Assembly: GCA_951406725.2 (NCBI GenBank)
Contig: OX597814.1
Coordinates: 24,490,001-24,554,000 of the forward strand
DNA length: 64,000 bases
Direction: 5' to 3'
Origin: Octopus vulgaris
Lineage: Eukaryota
Position numbers and translations under genes: made by a program. Positions 51,999 through 64,000 of the stretch are shown here, piece by piece (within the stretch, counting starts at the first letter, position 1; each line of letters opens with the position of its first letter). The notes beneath the pieces were generated by a model that did no database searches, was not told where the DNA came from, and worked only from the letters and a program-made list of their open reading frames with translations.

Positions 51999-53657
51999 AT
52001 TTTAGGCTATAAATAAAACTAAAGTAAATTAAAGAAAATCGTAAACTATTTAATTTTTCATTCAATAATTGGGACATAATTAGCAAGACATTTTATTTTG
52101 AATTTTAGATATTTTTTGCATTTTTTAAATATAATTTTATTACATTTGTAGTGCACTTACTTACATCTCCCAGCACACTGGGAGCTTTACTTAAATGCTT
52201 GGATCATTTTGTACGTTTGTGCCATAGGAATAAAATAGTTTACAGGAAGCAATCTTCAACTTTATTCAACTACTTGAATGATTAATACGGATATAATAGT
52301 TACTATCTTATATTCAATAACAAGAATATCTAATATCACGTCTTCTTCTTTTTATCTTCACCTTTCATCTCTCCACAGCAAATATAATTGTACAATTTCT
52401 TTGCAGTAAATATAATTTTACAAAATTTAGGATTTCAATTAGTTGTGTGTTTGATATCAGTTTACTTTTACTTGAGTTCATCATGCTTCCCATTTAGGGA
52501 GATAATGACTCAATGCTGGATCGTTGTATTAAAACTGATGTGCTGATTTGAAATACTAAGACTCACTTTCTTTCTTCCTCTTTCTCTCTGTCTCTCTTTC
52601 TTTCTCTTTCTCTCTCTCGTCATATGAATAGAGAATGACCTATGAATATCTTCAAGACTCAACTAGCATCTTTCTGTCAGTTATTATTAATGACAGGTCT
52701 CTTTACTAGAGAACTAATTCTAAATGTTTGGATGAAATTCCAGGAAACTGATTGCTTATCCAACTTCCTCTCATGCTTACAAATAATCTTGACATCTTAT
52801 CCTCAACTAGTTTAATTTTGGCAAGTTTACAACTAAAGGATAACAACAGCTATTTGTCTTTCCTGCTTTGAAAGCTGTCTCACTGACTACTTGAATTTAA
52901 GTACTACTTGTAATGACACTGAAGTTTATATTTATCAGTTGAGCTGGTTGTTGAAAGTTTGCTATGGACATGAGATTGGAACTGTTACTGACAAAAATAT
53001 ATTGACCAAAGATAATTACAGACTGATTAATCACTTTCTCAAATAGAGAAGAGACAATTGCTCTCTGCATTCTGTTTTGATTTTTTTTCTTTCCTTATTG
53101 CATTTTATGAGCAAAATATTTCCCATCGACTTTGTGATGATAGCGGGGTTTCTTGGACTATGAGGTGTGTGGGAGAATAAGTTAAATTAATGTAGTTAAT
53201 ATCGAGTGTAAAGTAAAGTATTGGTGAATCAATTCAGTGTTTGAAGTTCGATAATAGGGCAGCGGAATAAAGAATGAGAGGTATAGACTTCATAGAAAAA
53301 AACACAGTAAATGTGACCTGACCTTTAGGGAAAGACACACAATGCGAATAGGGAAGTACAAAAGAGTAACAATGCTGATAAATAAATCTAAGTGTGAATA
53401 AAATAGTGTATTAGTGTAATAGGCAAGATTTCAAGCAGTTATAATACTGCTAAAAGTGAAAGAGAGTTGAATACTTTCGATCTGGAATTTCTGTTTTCCA
53501 GTGTCATATCTTTTAATATATTATAGTTTCACACAGGCACTGCTGATTTTTGGCATTGGCTTCAGTCCTATAGTGCGACAATTTGGAGAAGTATATTCTG
53601 TTATGGCTTCCTGTTGACCAAAGCCTTGTGAGTAAATTCAGTAGATAAAAATTATAA

Positions 53658-53888
53658 GGCAGCAAGCTGGCAGAAACGTTAGCACGCCGGGCAAAAGGTT
53701 TGGCAGTATTTCGTCTGCCGCTACATTCTGAGTTCAAATTCCGCCGAGATCGACTTAGCCTTTCATCCTTTCGGGGTCGATTAAATAAATACCAGTTATG
53801 CACTGCGGTCGATATAATCGACTTAATCCGTTTGTCTGTCCTTGTTTGTCCTCTCTGTGTTTAGCCCCTTGTGGGTAGTAAAGAAATG
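53658..53888 (+). mobile_element. Young family B SINE inserted in a family A remnant, 9-bp TSD
   Basis: aaattataa at 53649-53657 and 53890-53898. Confidence 0.88.
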
Positions 53889-54419
53889 GAAATTATAAAG
53901 AAGCTCATTGTTTGTGTGTGTTGTGTGTGTCTTTGTATGTACGTATTCACATATGTTTGCGTGCGCATGTGTTTATGTTCGTATGCCTGGTTACATCCAA
54001 GCTAGCTTATTAGTTTATTCAAAAATTATAAAATTTTAAGCAGTGTTGCTGTTAGAACATCTGTCTGTAACTTGTCCACTCACATCATGTCTTTGAAGAC
54101 ATGTCATCTGCAATAAAAGATACTTCGCTTGTAAATCATTTGTGGGTTTGTCTCATAATTTTCATCAAGCTGCAAAACAATACATCAGTTATATATTTGT
54201 CTGATCCTGCTATCAAGGAAAAACACTCACAAAAGGAATGAATAAATAAAATTTAGATTGTTTTGGAAATTCAGCTTTCAAATTTGGCACAGTCAGGTGT
54301 CTTTCCTGAGACCAGCCCCACCAGTTTATATCATAACTAGTTTCATGAATTATGAAATCCTGAGTTTGTTTTGTATGAAAATGAATGAGAGTTTAGAAAA
54401 CTAATTTAATTTGTATATG

Positions 54420-54694
54420 TTAGTTAGTTAGTTAGTTAATTTGGCTCAAAAGCAAATAGCAAGGCCATGTAGGGGGACATGGAGTTAAGTACAGGGTGGT
54501 GTTCATGTAAAGAGTTCAGGCCACTTGAGGTCCAGGGAGGCTTTGAACAAAGCGGTCGTCGGCATCTTCACCATCTCGTCTGGCAGCTTGTTCCATGGAT
54601 CCGCAACCTGGACGGAGAAAGCTCCTCTCCTTCGATTAAGATGAAATCGTCGCAGGTAGAGCTTTTCGGAATGACCCCGCAATTCGTATTGGCC
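54420..54694 (-). mobile_element. CR1-clade LINE 3' end with (CTAA)n tail
   Basis: ELRGHSEKL...RRGAFSVQVADPWNKLPDEMV...FKASLD; CpG-rich, so probably young. Confidence 0.85.
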
Positions 54695-54919
54695 TAGTTT
54701 TTTCCTCAGGTTTGAATGATTATGAACGATCTTAAATTCCTTGTTTCTTTTTCTTGTTTTTATACATTTCTGAACCTCTCTTATTAACGATGTCTATATG
54801 AGGTGAGAACAAGCAGAGTAACATAATTTGTTGAAAGACATAACATTACATATCGCAAAGATGAATTCATTGGCTATAAATTGGCACTCCAGCTACTGCT
54901 CTGTATATGGAATGTTGCA

Positions 54920-55410
54920 TCCTGTACTGGTGGCATGTAAAAAGCACCATTCGAGCGTGGTCAATACCAGTGCTGCCTGACTGACCCTCATGCCAGTGGC
55001 ATGTAAAAAATACCCACTTCACTCTCGGAGTGGTTGGCATTAGGAAGGGCATCCAATTGTAGAAACCTTGCCAGATCAGATTGGAGCCTGATGCAGCCTC
55101 CTGCTTGCCATTCCTCAGTCAAACTGTCCAACCCATGCCAGCATGGAAAGCGAACGTTGAAGGATGATGAGGATATATCAATCACATACACTAGAATCTT
55201 TTAGTGACTGGCCCCCATGCCGGTGGCATGTGAAAAGCACCCACTACACTCTCAGAGTGGTTGGCGTTAGGAAGGTTATCCAGCTGTAGAAACTCCACCG
55301 GATCACGATTGGAGTCTGCTGCAGCCATTTGGTTCGTCAGCCCTCAGTCAAAATCGTCCAACCCATGCTAGCATGGAAAGTGGACGTTAAACGTTGATGA
55401 TGATGATGAT
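54920..55410 (+). mobile_element. Two adjacent family C tail elements
   Basis: Tails end at ~55170 and ~55410. Confidence 0.85.
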
Positions 55411-55673
55411 CTGTGCAGCCAAGAGATTCTTCCTCTTCACCACCATTGTCCTCATGATTGTTGTCTTTGTCACCATCATCACCAACATCATTATTCACAT
55501 TGTTTATTTTTGTAAAATTTCTATCTAATTGAAACAATATGTAGCCCTAGTTTTATTATACTATATGTTTCACAGACTTTAAAAAAAAAGGTGATTTACT
55601 TTTGTTATGACTTACAGGTATTGTTTTTATTATAATTTCAATCACCTGAATTTTTTCATACAAAAGGGAATAA

Positions 55674-55782
55674 TGCTTATTCCCTGTGGGGTTAAGTAAT
55701 TTCTCTTTTTCATTTTCTTTTTTTTTTTTCTTTTTTAATGGAGAGAAAGAAATTACTTGGGCAATCCTGCAGGGAATAAGCA
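55674..55782. repeat. Hairpin with ~40-bp arms and a poly-T loop
   Basis: tgcttattccctgtggg...aagtaatttc pairs with gaaattactt...cctgcagggaataagca. Confidence 0.75.
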
Positions 55783-56749
55783 GTGATGCTTCAGAATATT
55801 AAATGTTAATTTAAAAGCTCTCCAAATACATGTGATGGTAACGAGCTAGGTGAGCCAACTAGTGATGGCCATTAACTATTAATTGATAAAGATGCCACAT
55901 AGAAGCTTACATTAGAAATATGTACGTTGTTGTAGGAAAGATGGGGAAGCTCATTAACATGAATATTTAATGATAAATTCGGTTATATAATAAATTGTGA
56001 TGTTGAGGAAACTTGTAGCATAGATGGCGCAAAGCGATTTTATTGATACACATGTGAAATTCCTGCTTTCAGCTTTGAAATTTTGTTTATATCCTTTGTT
56101 TATATTTAATGTTTTGGAGTGAAACATATAAATATGAAATCAGGTTTATGAAACAATGGCAGGTCATGATGACTCATGAAATAAAGTTAGAAAGTCAGAA
56201 AAAAAAAACATTGATAAATAAATTCAGTATTATTTTATAAAAATATTCATATCTATCTCTCTAATCCTTACAATTTCATAACCATAAACGTCTCAATACA
56301 TAACTGTTCTCGTCAATACAATAAACATTGTAAAAGAATTTCAAAAATTGTTGAGGCTTAAGTCCAAAAGGCGGATTTGATTCTCACTTTTTATCTCTTA
56401 TTTCTTCTAAGTATCTCTTAAAGATTTCTTTTTACCAAAACCTCATTGTTGTAAACCTAATTGAGAAATCAGTATAAATTACAATGACAATTTATGTAAT
56501 GTATTAAATGGGTCTATTCAATTCCTGGACCAGGAATCATGTCCCTAAGCAAGGCACTTTATTCCCCATTGCTCCAGTCTACTCTGCTAAAAATAAGCGA
56601 CAGTTTCATTTTGGTACAACCCTCTTTCTCTTCACAATCGCATCCTTGATATTCTTTTTATCTCTTATTTCTTCTAAGTATCTCTTTAAGATTACTCAGC
56701 GTAATTTTTCATTTAGATCACCAGTGAACTAAACCCCTCATATTCTACG

Positions 56750-57525
56750 ACAGGCTTCTTTCAGTTTCCATCTACCAAATCCACTTACAAGGCTTTGGTT
56801 GGCCTCAGGTTGTAGTAGAAGACACTTGGCCAAGGTGCCATGCAGTGGGGACTGAACCTGGAACCATGTGGTCGGGAAGGAAGCTTCTTATTTCTTTATT
56901 GCCCACAAGGGGCTAAACATAGAGAGGACAAACAAGAACAGACAAAGGTATTAAGTCGATTACAACGACCCCAGTGCATAACTGGTACTTATTTAATCGA
57001 CCCCCAAAGGATGAAAGGCAAAGTCAACCTTGGCAGAATTTGAACTCAGAATGTGGCGGCAGACAAAATACCTATTTCTTTACTACCCACAAGGGGCTAA
57101 ACATAGAGAGGACAAACAAGGACAGACAAACGGATTAAGTCTATTACATTGACCCCAGTGCGTAACTGGTACTTATTTAATCGACCCCCAAAGGATGAAA
57201 GGCAAAGTCGACCTTGGCAGAATTTGAACTCAGAATGTAGCGGCAGACAAAATACCTATTTCTTTACTACCCACAAGGGGCTAAACATAGAGAGGACAAA
57301 CAAGGACAGACAAACAGATTAAGTCGATTATATTGACCCCAGTGCGTAACTGGCACTTATTTAATCGACCCCCAAAGGATGAAAGGCAAAGTCAACCTCG
57401 GCAGAATTTGAACTCAGCATGTAGTGGCAGACGAAATACCGCTAAGCATTGCACCCGGTGGGCTAACGTTTCTGCCAGCTCGCCGCCTTGGAAGGAAGCT
57501 TCTTACCACACAACCACACCCGCAC
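56750..57525 (-). mobile_element. Family A SINE interrupted by a family B trimer
   Basis: Family A halves at 56750-56890 and 57490-57525. Confidence 0.85.
56889..57489 (-). mobile_element. Head-to-tail trimer of family B SINE with 16-bp TSD
   Basis: Units 56889-57072, 57073-57256, 57257-57489; ggaaggaagcttctta at 56875-56890 and 57490-57505. Confidence 0.9.
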
Positions 57526-59399
57526 TCATTATTAATTTGTTTTTCGTGGTATTTATTCATCCAACTGAAACTTAAAACAGTAACACAGTAACATAAACAC
57601 TTGCTCTTTTGAAGTTTAGTCAGGATTATTGTCATTCGCATCACAACTGGGAAAATTGCATACGGGTTTGTAAACCTGATCGACAACTTTGTAACAATGC
57701 TGAAGATAAACAGAGAGTGGTTTAGCAAAGGAATGGTTAACTGATTAGATTAAATTTTTTTTTTTTAAATGCATAAAGTAAAAGAAGCCGTACTAAATAG
57801 GAACAGGAATTAACTTTTAATGGAAGAAGCACAAACTAAACAAAGAAATTTGAAAGTAAGGAAAATCGAATCGAAAAGATGAAAAATGTAATAGAGGCAC
57901 CTGAAATTACTGAATTGAGAAGATAAAAATAAAAGGGAATAAAGAAAAAGAGAGGAAGCAGGCATAAAGTAATTATTAAGTTAAAAGGGTAAAGAAATAG
58001 AAGGGAGTCAAATAGCCAAAGAGATTTAACATTGTTCTTTAGGAAGAAAGTCTTGAGAGTGGATAAGAATATTGGAAAGAGAATGGAAAAAAGAATTGCA
58101 TGATAAGTGTAGCAATAGAATGGATTGTAGAGCTTAAGGGCTGGAAGAGAAGAGAATTAAAATAGAAAACTAGAAATGTGATTTATCAAACAAAAGAGAA
58201 AACTGATAAAATTAAATGAAATGGAAATACACGACTGCATTAATAATGAATAGCTGTGTTACATTCGTAAGCAGAAAAAAGTAGGATGATGATAAGATTG
58301 TGTCATTGCTTATGAGCAGGAGCTGATTTCAATAATGGGAAGATTAACACAGTTATGGCTATCTAACCATGAAGACTCATCTCATTTGGATCAGCTTCAG
58401 CAGAAGCAACATATATTGAAAATATGGTCTTCTGGGAGGAAAGTACGTTGAGTAACACAAATTTCAACATATTGTTGGTGATGAGGAGGCTAGCAGTGTT
58501 GGATGTGAGTAATAATTGAAGAAAAATTGAAGTAACCACCGATGTGAAGAACTGAAATCACTTTGGCAAACATTAGTGCTGATTTATGATCCAGTTGATT
58601 GCACAGCTCTGATTCTTTTAATATTCTCAACATGGCCACCATTTTGATCTGTTACCTACATGATTAATTTGATGGTAGGTTTCTCAATCTGCATTCGGAT
58701 TGTAATTACAATAATGTTTCAAACATCTTTCATATTTATCTCACTGCTTTCTTTCTTTTTATCTTCATATTTCTCTCTGCTGTATTCACACTTCACACAC
58801 GAATACACACACACACACACACACACGCACAAACACACACACACACACACTCACAAATATCCCCTGCACTCTTCTTTAATATTTACTATAAAAGAAATTA
58901 TGGAAAATTGTGAATAAACATATTTCTTTTAAGAGGTAACCTCTACTGCATATAGAATTGAAAGAATCTGTGTACCATGGGGGAAGAAATGAATTTCAAA
59001 GGATTATGCTTGAGATATTAGAATTCCCTACTTGTCTTAGCCCACATGCTTATTTGATTTTGCAAGTTTATCAACTGATTTTGCAGATACAGAAGATCAA
59101 TAATCTCCCCAGATTAGGTATTTTCTTTACTATCTATAGAAATGCCTTTTTAAGGTTGAGTGTGAAAAATGTCAGCTATATGCATAAAATAACATGAGTT
59201 CAAACACTGCCTCAAATATGATGTTCTCCTCTAAATAATCAACTCTATATCTAAACATCACTTTTATTCTTTTACCAGTTTAAGCAATTGCTCTACAATC
59301 ATTATGGAGCACTGCCTTTAAAAATTTTAGTAGATTAATATTCATTTCATTGTCATATGCATGGTGAACAGCTTGAATAAAAAAAGATGACTTACATAT

Positions 59400-60120
59400 T
59401 CTTTCTTAATACATTTAAGCAAATTCAAATGTGAATATGATAACCTCTGCCATATTTCATCAATGGTTTTCTGACAATGTATAATAAATACAATGTAAAT
59501 AAATACAAATATTTTCTGACAAATGTGGGTTTATAACACTCAATTCATTAGCATAAGGAGACTTTAGGACACCTACTTTTTGACATCATTGTTTATCCTC
59601 AGTCCAAGACACCCTGTGCTAGTGAATCTAACAAGAGTTTGTTATCGATCTTGTTTATAATTTCAGCAAACAAATCATTTGCTTGTGTGAGCTGATATCT
59701 GCCAAGTGATAATAAATTGTCATATAGTGAACAGTGAAAATCAAAACAATGATTTATACATTCATTCTTAATATGTTCTGGCAGATTCAAACATGAATAT
59801 GTTAATCACTATTGCATTCCATCAATAGAGAATAACTTCTTTGCATCAACAAATGATTTGTTTGCTGAAATTATAAACAAGTGTCACAAGAAATTCTTGT
59901 TAGATTCATTAGTCCAAGGTAGCTTTGACTGAGGTGACTCAATGATGTTGAAACTCTGGGTGTCCCAAAGTCCCCCAATGCTCATGAATCAAGTGTGTTA
60001 TGAACACACATTCGTCTGAAAGTAGAAGTTGTTCTCTCCTGGCAAAATAAGATAGTGATCAGCACATATTCACATTCAAATCTGCCTAAACATATTTAGA
60101 ATCAATGTGTACTTAATTTA
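59400..60120. mobile_element. Old tandem-plus-inverted pLTR-like structure with hammerhead remnants
   Basis: 59513-59681 inverted to 59850-60021; ~59755-59840 inverted to ~60024-60110; ~59400-59445 direct with ~59762-59805. Confidence 0.7.
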
Positions 60121-61129
60121 TTGACTCATATTTGTTAAATTGTTAAGCTATAAGACATTAAGAGACATAAAGAAACGTAAACAACACTGGTTTTAGAGTA
60201 TTGTAAATATAAACACAGTCATGTAATATTGACTATGCATATGCACATGTGTGCATATGTGTGTATATACTGCGGGTTTCAGCATATTTTTCTTAACATT
60301 TACTAAATTCAGTCACCTCAAAGTACTGTGTATCAAGATCGGAGGAACTTCTAAAACACATTCTCTGTGGTTAATTATCTGAAAAATCTAAATATAACAA
60401 TAATAACGAATATAGTTTTATCTATGTGCTTAAAGTTTTTATTGATAAAAATATTACTTGAATAGTTTCACTTTATTATTTTATCTGTGTAAGTAAATAA
60501 GTATGGAAAAAGTAAACCTTGTCTTCTGACACAAACGTGGAAGACTGTGAGTTATGGGTAAAGGAAAGGAAAGATTGCTGGTAGCATAAGTAAAATGAAA
60601 CCATTGTAGCAGTGAATCAATACCTGTCGAAGATACACTTGGCTTTGCGATCTCACAGATGGAAATATATGAATATAGAGGAACAAATGCATGCATGACT
60701 GTATGGGCACACACAGATGTGACATATATGTACAGATATAGATTTTCTTAGTTTGTACTGTTGTACTTAATTTATGCACTTACTTACTCAGAAAACCAGG
60801 ATGACACTTTAACTTTCAATTATTTCTAAGTAATCAAATACATAATTCTAATTTGGAGTATTTTAAAATAAAATTTTCTTTTAATTCCTGATTTCAGCAG
60901 AATTTAAATGCATGAGTGTGCGAATGTATCTGTATGCATGTAAACCAGTTCGGTAATCATACTTGTAAGAAGCACTTACATACATACATAAACAAAGTTG
61001 CTATTATTTTTAGAAGTGTTGAGATGTATTGAAATATACAGATATGGAGATAAGTTATTCTCAAATGTAGGATGATGCTGAACAGCATGACTAGGATAAT
61101 ATGCTTATATTGCAGAAAAATTTGTCAGT

Positions 61130-61201
61130 GGCCAGCCATGAGGCTCGAACTAACATCTCTGTGATTACCGGTCAAGTGCTTTACCATTGAGCTAAACTGC
61201 C
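61130..61201 (-). pseudogene. tRNA-Thr(GGT)-like pseudogene/module
   Basis: GGCAGTT TAGCTCAATGGTAAAGC A CTTGA CCGGTAA TCACA GAGAT GTTAG TTCGAGC CTCAT GGCTGGC; acceptor and anticodon stems have mismatches. Confidence 0.65.
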
Positions 61202-61519
61202 CACTGACAAATTTTCCTACAATTTTTGAACTTATAAGCTTAGGCTTTTTATAGACACCGCATGTGAAATTCAAATTACAATATATGTAAAAAGTTTGTT
61301 TTATTTTGTGTGTGTGTGTGTTATAAGTTTTTAGAAATGTATTGAAATATACAGATATCTTGATAAATTATTTTCAAACACAAAATAATGCTGAATAGCA
61401 TGAGTAGAATAATCTCCTTATATTGCAGAAAAATTTTTCAGCCAGCCAGCCATGAGACCCAAACTTATATCTCTGTGCTTACCAGTCAAGGGCTTTACCA
61501 TTAAGCTAATTTGTCAGTG

Positions 61520-61591
61520 GGCAGTTTAGCTTAATGGTAAAGCACTTGACTGGTAATCACAGAGATGTGAGTTTGAGTTTCATGGCTGGCC
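61520..61591 (+). pseudogene. tRNA-Thr(GGT)-like module, inverted copy
   Basis: Same cloverleaf with anticodon loop CTGGTAA and a mutated T loop. Confidence 0.6.
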
Positions 61592-61685
61592 ACTGACAAA
61601 AATTTTCTGCAATATAAGGATATCTTCACACTCTTCAGCATTATTCCACATTTGAGAATAAATTATCTACATATATGCATATATA

Positions 61686-62181
61686 GAATTAATAAATAAA
61701 ACATATGCATACATACATACATATATGTACGTACCTACCTCTATATGTATATATACATGCATATATGGGTACAGGACACCAAAAAAACGTCGAACACAAT
61801 GAGAAACGAAAACAAACACAAAACCAAGGAACTGGACATTTTTCTTAAACAACGAAAAAATAGAGTACAAGACAAATAACACAAGGAAAATTCCCCTTCT
61901 TCAGTTGCCATGGTTTCATCTACTTTGCGTTTCAAAGGTGAAGGCGATACGCATCTTTGATAGAAACCTTCCTTCCCGCAAAAAGCAAATTAAATAAAAT
62001 TTGAGATCTTTTTGCGGAGGGGTAAAAATGGTAACAAAAACAGGACAGTGTGTCTATGTTTTCGTTTCTCATTGTGTTCGGCGTTTTTTTGGTGTCCTGT
62101 ACCCATATATGCATGTATATATACATGTAGAGGTAGGTACGTACATATAAGTATATATGCATATGTTTTATTTATTAATTC
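61686..62181. mobile_element. ~500-bp element with ~127-bp inverted arms
   Basis: 61686-61814 is the reverse complement of 62057-62181; CpG retained. Confidence 0.85.
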
Positions 62182-62279
62182 ATTATATGACGGAACGCAC
62201 ACATCCATTTCTAAGTAAGATTGTTCTTGATATGCATATATATATATATATATATATACATACACACACATACATACAT

Positions 62280-62430
62280 GTGTGGTAAGTAGCTTGCTTA
62301 CCAACTACATGGTTTCAGGTTCAGCCCCACAGCATGACATCTTGGGCAAGTGTCGTCTACTATAGCATTGGGCTAACCAAAGTCTTGCGAGTGGATTTGG
62401 TAGATAGAAACTGAAAGAAGCCTGTCAGAT
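62280..62430 (+). mobile_element. Family A SINE head
   Basis: Matches 128-275. Confidence 0.85.
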
Positions 62431-62459
62431 ATATATTTATGTGGAGAGTTGTGTGTTAA

Positions 62460-63110
62460 AAATTAAGGAGGATTAAAGAAGACAAGATAGAGTGTTGTTA
62501 AAATTGATGGTAAATTTGTTGTTAATGCACAGAAAAATGAGTGGGTAACATAACCAAATATTGTGATATGCTGGAGCTGATAGAGTGCAGCTTGGAGACA
62601 GCCCCTATGAGATAATACTTCAATTGAGTAGTCTGATAAGGGACTACTGTTCCAGGAAATGTACAGACTGAGGTAGCCTGTGGGTAACACAGCTGAGAGA
62701 CTTTCATTTTAGATATGATTAAAGGCTTTGAGGACATCAAAAAATATAATGGAAACGAAATTGCTCTTGTTGATATTTTAAAGAAGACCAGTATTATGTA
62801 ATGTAAAAGAGTACATCTCTCATAACTCTGTCTCAACAGAACAATAGGGAGAGAGAAATAGACTTAAGGTGAGAAGGCAGTATTTTATGATTGTTTCTAT
62901 TACTTTAAGATATTAGAAGCAAGAGCAATAAAGTGATCAGAAGCAGGGAGGTAACCATTCTTGAGATAGATTTGTATAGATTCCTGCAGAACATTTAAGA
63001 TTGATGAGTTTAACAAGGATAGGAGCTTGTTGTTGGGTAAGAATGGGATAGTTTTACATCTGGCAACTGTGTTTACTTACAGATAAGTTGAAGAAAAGTT
63101 TGGTAGAATG
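62460..63110 (-). mobile_element. Very degraded LINE RT remnant (CR1/L2-like)
   Basis: FFDVLKAFNHI resembles the LDxxKAFDxV RT motif. Confidence 0.35.
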
Positions 63111-64000
63111 TTGATAAGTTAAGTTCCAAGCAAGAAATTAGATGGTATTTTCAGTGGGGCCCCTTAGTTATAGACCTCGAGCTATGAAAGTCAAAGCTAA
63201 TTCCTACAGAATTTGTTTCAGAATAGTCAGAAAGAAAACAGTTAGCTTATAGTTAAATCATACAACTTTATGCCATAGCACAATAAGAATTACCTAATAT
63301 TAAGTTTCATAACTTGTCCACTTTACATTATTTAAAAGGCATTATTAATAAGTAGAACTGTATTCATCTGCAATGTATCTCAAATAATATAGCTACTTTC
63401 TCAACATGTCAAATAAATGCTGCACTAAATCTATTCAGATTACAGGTGAGATAACCATTACAATTTATTTCAGTATGGTAGCCATAATCATTAGGAATAA
63501 AGCAAATAGTGTTAACTACTACTTTGTGAAAGAGAACTAAGCACCATAAACACTATGGTTAACTAGAACAGGCAGATGGTACATTTAGAAAAATCTAATG
63601 CATCGGTATTATATTCAAAGTATTGGTTATACCCATAAATAATTTGAATTTGATAGTCATAAACCTCTCAATCAATTCAGGTGATTACTATAAACATCGC
63701 AATAAATGAAATGGCTTCTATAAATGTCACAATAAGCTAAGATGCGCAGGTTAAGCATCAGGAATTTGTTTCAAATAATGGATCTCGACTAAATAGATTA
63801 GTACTCAGCTATTGAGGTGGTGTCCATTCCATTAGCATTATGCATGCAGTGTACTAAAATTGTCTGTATAGTTCTACTCAATAAAAGAAGCACATATATT
63901 GTATAACTGCATAGTGTTATAAAATTTGTGAAATAACAATGTGTGTGTCAGGAGGAGAGGTGAGGTCTAACATTTCAGGCACTAGTCTTCTTAAAGAATA

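Larger units (their letters stand above)
61008..61675. mobile_element. Tandem-plus-inverted repeat; each unit carries a tRNA-like module
   Basis: Units ~61008-61320, ~61328-61509 and inverted 61510-61675. Confidence 0.85.

Noticed and set aside
61130-61201. Functional tRNA gene or bacterial/organellar transfer
   Set aside because: Acceptor and anticodon stems are mismatched, it is embedded in a repeat unit, and there is no flanking bacterial or mitochondrial sequence

Overview
AT-rich, repeat-dense animal genomic DNA with no bacterial-style genes. The (TA)n/(CA)n/(ATC)n/(ATT)n microsatellites and the SINE/LINE families resemble those I recall from octopus genomes; this is an inference and was not checked. 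Almost all long ORFs in the track are microsatellite artefacts or transposon remnants. Recognisable elements are: RTE LINEs with a PHD-like finger inside the RT C-terminus, an R4/Dong-type RLE LINE with a precise 5' inversion, CR1 3' ends, a HERO-like remnant, a Penelope-like RT fragment, Helitron Rep/Pif1 remnants, a maT-like Tc1/mariner remnant, a probable solo LTR, a piggyBac-like MITE and several tRNA-derived SINE families. A few short minus-strand candidate host exons are also present. The most notable theme is a set of unrelated, non-coding inverted or tandem-inverted elements, many in or beside (TA)n tracts. Several carry minimal hammerhead-ribozyme motifs, one with an apparent G3-C8 compensatory core, and one carries a tRNA-Thr(GGT)-like module instead; this architecture resembles Penelope pseudo-LTRs. 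Coordinates were read by eye, and boundaries of degraded repeats are approximate.
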